Assembly (NCBI GenBank): GCA_963817895.1 | Contig: CAWFQB010000005.1 | Span: 416,001 to 480,000 of the forward strand | Source of the DNA: an uncultured Chthonomonadaceae bacterium | GTDB lineage: Bacteria > Armatimonadota > Chthonomonadetes > Chthonomonadales > Chthonomonadaceae | DNA: 64,000 nucleotides | Reading direction: 5' to 3' | Shown: piece by piece, positions 60,430 through 64,000 of the stretch | Layout of the letters: each line of letters starts with the position of its first letter | Position numbering within the stretch: position 1 is the stretch's first letter | Program-made: the position numbers and the translations under genes | The notes under the pieces: generated by a model | What the model was told of the DNA's origin: nothing | The model's input: the letters and a program-made list of their open reading frames with translations, nothing else | Databases searched by the model: none

Positions 60430-60464
60430 ATGTTGTTTCCTCTCCACTCTCCACTGAAATGAAC

Positions 60465-62096
60465 CTAATGCGCCATCGAAGACGCCATGCCGACAAACAT
60501 TGAAGCCAGCGCGAAACTCAGGACAAAACCAATGCCTATCATCACGATGAAACTGACGATGACGGTGCCGATGGCCCCGCCCGTGGAAAGGTTCTGCGTG
60601 GCGCACAAGCCCATGCCCAGGAGGACAGCCATCCAGACGCACATGCCCAGCCCAATCAATCCCATAACCATGAGTATGCCTAATCCCATAGCCGCGAAAG
60701 GGTTGGCACGGGAAGAGCGGGAAGAGTAGGGGCTGTTATAGGGGCTGCCGTAGCCGGACTGCATACCACCGGGCGTGTAAGCTCTATTGCCGGGATTACC
60801 GAAGGGAGACCGACTGGTACTGGGCTCGGTATACTGCGCGTGGAGGAGAACGCCCTGTGGCGCGGCGGAACCCATCCGATTGCCGCCCATCATAGCAGCG
60901 CGAATCGTGCCCATAAAGCCCATTCCGATAACCATTATCGTTACCAGCACGGCGTAGGTAGGAGCCATGGAGTAGATATAGGCCCCGACCGTGCCTGAAT
61001 ATTCGCCATTGCCGCCGAACAATCGGCTCACGCCATGGATGATTCCTCCGATGATGAACACGCAAATCAGGGAAATCACCGCGCCGATAGCCGCCCCAAT
61101 TATCGCGCCTATCCCTCCGGCTATGCCCAATGTGAGCGAGGCGATTATCATATACACGCCCGCATACGCCAGCATATACGCCGTGAACATGGCGAGCGGA
61201 GCCATGAGGCCGGATGCGCCCTGCCGCGCCGCAAAGAAGGCGCGGGGCGTAAACAGCAACTGGAACCAGCCTTTATAGGCTTCCACCAGGCTGAAATTGT
61301 CTTCTATAGCCATCTGCCCCTGCGCGGGATAGGGCGACCACTGCTGCCCCTGATAGCCGGCAGGGCCGGGGGGCGGCGCTGCCATGCCGGGAGCGGCCTG
61401 CCCGTAGGCCGGCTGCGCGGGGGCAATGGGATTTCCGGCAAGGTCGTACTGCTGCGGCTCACCATAAGCCGTAGGCTGCGCGTAACCGGGCGGAACGTTG
61501 GGCTGCGCATAGCCCGATTGGACGGGTGGCACGGGCGGGGCATAGCCGGGTTGCGCCGGGGGCGCATAGTTGGGCTGCGCGGCATACGGCGCGACGGGCT
61601 GCGTTTGATCCTGCATGTAGGGCTGCGCGGTGGGCGCGGACTGATAAGCGGGCGCGGCAGGCGAGGCGTAGGTCGCTGTATTTGTGGTTGCTTCATAGCC
61701 GGTGGGCGCGGGGGCCGCGCCGTACATGCCGGTCGGTGGCGCGGCTTGCAGCGCTTTTTGCATCCGCTCGATACCCTGTTGCGCCAGCGGGTAGTTGTCC
61801 TGTAAGGCCGTCGCTCTGCGATAAGTCTCCAGGGCCTGCGCCTGCGAACCCAGCGCTTCCAGCGCGATGCCGAGATTGTACTGCGCCTGCGAACTCATGG
61901 GCAGCAGTTCGGTCGCCCGCGTCAACACGCGAACGGCATCCATATCGCGTTGTTGTTGATGGTATACGCCGCCCAGGTACAGATGCGCCTGCGCGTCCTG
62001 CGGATTCTGGGAAATGGCCGCTTCCAGTTTCGTCTGCGCGGTTGCAAAGTCGCCGTTTTGCAGCGCGGCCAGCCCTTCTTCACGTTCGTTTGCCAT
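60465..62096 (-). CDS. TPR, Pro/Tyr/Gln-rich linker, Yip1-like membrane protein
   Basis: TPR N-terminus paralogous to 59043..60347; LFTPRAFF, IHGVSRLFGGNGEY, five TM segments. Confidence 0.8.
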   Translation of the reverse strand: MANEREEGLAALQNGDFATAQTKLEAAISQNPQDAQAHLYLGGVYHQQQRDMDAVRVLTRATELLPMSSQAQYNLGIALEALGSQAQALETYRRATALQDNYPLAQQGIERMQKALQAAPPTGMYGAAPAPTGYEATTNTATYASPAAPAYQSAPTAQPYMQDQTQPVAPYAAQPNYAPPAQPGYAPPVPPVQSGYAQPNVPPGYAQPTAYGEPQQYDLAGNPIAPAQPAYGQAAPGMAAPPPGPAGYQGQQWSPYPAQGQMAIEDNFSLVEAYKGWFQLLFTPRAFFAARQGASGLMAPLAMFTAYMLAYAGVYMIIASLTLGIAGGIGAIIGAAIGAVISLICVFIIGGIIHGVSRLFGGNGEYSGTVGAYIYSMAPTYAVLVTIMVIGMGFMGTIRAAMMGGNRMGSAAPQGVLLHAQYTEPSTSRSPFGNPGNRAYTPGGMQSGYGSPYNSPYSSRSSRANPFAAMGLGILMVMGLIGLGMCVWMAVLLGMGLCATQNLSTGGAIGTVIVSFIVMIGIGFVLSFALASMFVGMASSMAH

Positions 62097-62286
62097 GGTG
62101 GTTCCTCTCGTTAAATCGCCCGTTGTTGCTCACAGCGCAAAACTTGCTTTGCGCTGCCGTTCCTGATAAATGAGTGCAAAAACTCAGACCAACCCGTAAA
62201 AACAGGGGACATATTATGATTTTACGGCCTTTCGGCGCGATGTAAACGCCGCTACCTGTCATTACGCAAACATTCTGTAGTCGGCA

Positions 62287-63934
62287 TCAGCGCAGTTTCA
62301 CGACGCGCTCTTCCGTGCGCAGGTCGCGCTGACGCTGCAAGTCGTGAATGGTGGCGCACAGATAGCGGTTGGCGTCAATGGTGAAGTCAATGCGCAGACG
62401 CGCCTGCGTGCCCGAACCCGGCGGAGCCAGGCGCAGGGCATCGCCCTCGTTGAGCGTAATCACGCACTCGCCCTCTTCCTGCCCGGTGGGAAGCCAGTAT
62501 TCGTTGCCGTTGATGCGCTTGCCCCACGGCAGGGACACGCGCCCGCCATAGCCCACCTCGCAGATCGGCAGGCGGAACAGCTGCTGCCCTTCCGTGACCG
62601 CGTAATAGCGGGTTTCAAACGGGTTGGGCGTGGGGTAGCCCGTGCCGCGCTTGACCAAGCCGCTCGTATTCGGGTCGTTGCTGGCTGTCATTATACACGC
62701 GAATGGCGTAATCGTGGTGAACGATCTGATCCACGCTGAAGCCCGCGCCGAAGACCGCCGCGCCCTTGACAACCGCCTCGAACGGCTCCCAGTAGTGGAC
62801 GCGCTGCGGCCCGAACAGCCGCTCGAACAGTTCGCGGACACCCGGCAGCAGGGTCGAGCCGCCGACAAGCAGAATGGCGTCAATCTGCGCTTCGCTGATC
62901 TCGTGCTTGCAGTCGTCGAGCGTGGCGTCGGACAGGATTTCCAGCGTTTTGTACAGGCCGCGCTCTTCCAGCATGTCGAGGAAGTCCTGCCGGTTCACTT
63001 CGATGCGCCCGCCGCCCTGCAGCAGGAAATAGCTGCTGTCCGATACCGCCGCTTTGTTGCTCAAATCCTTTTTAATGGCCTCGGCCTGATTAAGCAGCAT
63101 GGGGCGCAGGGTATCCTGATGCGCCATCAGGCGCGAACAGCCCAAATCGGCGATCCAGCCGTCAATGGTTTCGCCGCCATAATTGGCTCCGCGCGCCGCC
63201 AGAAGAGTGGCGCGATGCTGGCCTACCGCGTCCTTGCCGCCCGAAGATGTGGGCGGATGGGTGCGGACAATGGCAAGGTCGAGCGTGCCGCCGCCGAAGT
63301 CCACCACCATGATGTGCTTTTCGTCGGTCAAATCCACGCCGTAGCCGAGCGCGGCGGCGACGGGTTCATCCAGGGTACGAAAGCGGCTGCGGGAGATGCC
63401 GAGTTTGCCCGCGATTTGCGACAGTTCGGCGCGGTACGGCTCGTAGCTTTCTACGGGAACGGTCATGGTCAAGTCCGTGACCTGTCCCTCCTTGCGCCAC
63501 CAGCGCAGGGCGCGCATGATTTTCTGCATGGCCGTCTGGTGCGGGTCGGCGCGCTGCCGCTCATACTCCCCACTGGCTTCCAGCAGCTCTTTCAGGAAAA
63601 CGGTAGCGCATTGCCGGGCGGAAATGGTCTGCGAACCCACCTGCGCGACGGACTGCTGACTGGCGCGGGCCAGCGTTTTCTTGAACGAGCGGGCGAGCGG
63701 CCCCATCGTCTGCATATCGCTGCCGTGCATAAATTCGCGGGCGGCGAGCGCGGGCCTGCCGATGATGGCGCGTTTTTCGTCCTGAAAAAAGATGGCGGAG
63801 GGAATCAGCGGCGTTCGCCAGGCCGGTTCGTAATCCGCGAGTTCTTCCAGCGCGACGGTAACGGCGTGTGTGCCAACCCACTTGGCGATCAGCGTGTTGG
63901 TCGTCCCCATATCAATGGCCCAGTGCGTTTCCAT
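62287..63934 (-). CDS. Hsp70-family ATPase (non-DnaK); frameshift at ~62660
   Basis: IDMGTTNT, DEPVAAALGYG, VDFGGGTLD, LVGGST; continues in ORF 62287..62883; lacks the DnaK lid. Confidence 0.88.
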
Positions 63935-64000
63935 AGGTTAAGCGACGTGCCCCTTACTTTATAAAGCGTGATAAAACGTGGTCGGACCGGATGAAATTTA

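Noticed and set aside
500..62670. Mass pseudogenisation or programmed frameshifting (breaks at ~508, 1654, 7059, 41630, 43135, 47165, 55578, 62660)
   Set aside because: All are single-base indels, often in short runs, in otherwise intact unrelated genes with no shared slippery motif. This fits long-read consensus error; polishing would confirm.
62642..63964. Long antisense ORFs (also 7032..8150, 16140..17081, 50656..52728 and others)
   Set aside because: These are shadows of GC-rich genes with clear motifs on the opposite strand, and have no motifs of their own.

Overview
Gene-dense, GC-rich chromosomal window from a diderm bacterium. I infer Armatimonadota (Chthonomonadales-like) from two VPEP-CTERM proteins, a SigH-like sigma factor and outer-membrane beta-barrels; this is not confirmed. 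Most of the window is ordinary metabolic and envelope content: GH127, GH78 and GH1 glycosidases, YagF/YjhG dehydratase, S9/M17/M42 peptidases, nucleoside hydrolase, PaoABC-like molybdoenzyme, AraC plus alcohol dehydrogenase, and an Hsp70-family protein. About nine single-base frameshifts in conserved genes look like long-read assembly errors. I found no rRNA, tRNA, CRISPR array or intact transposase. Main unexplained structures: (1) a pervasive family of 7-10 bp tandem-repeat elements with G-rich and C-rich arms, which occur between genes, supply stop codons, and sit inside at least six protein-coding genes, including the junction of a MogA-LarC fusion; (2) two small toxin/partner-like gene pairs, an ADP-ribosyltransferase-like gene broken by an exact 8-bp duplication and an HExxH metallopeptidase cassette bracketed by REP-like palindromes; (3) two orphan structured RNA regions, one following an Arg/Trp/Cys-rich micropeptide at the end of a kinase-regulator-STAND operon.
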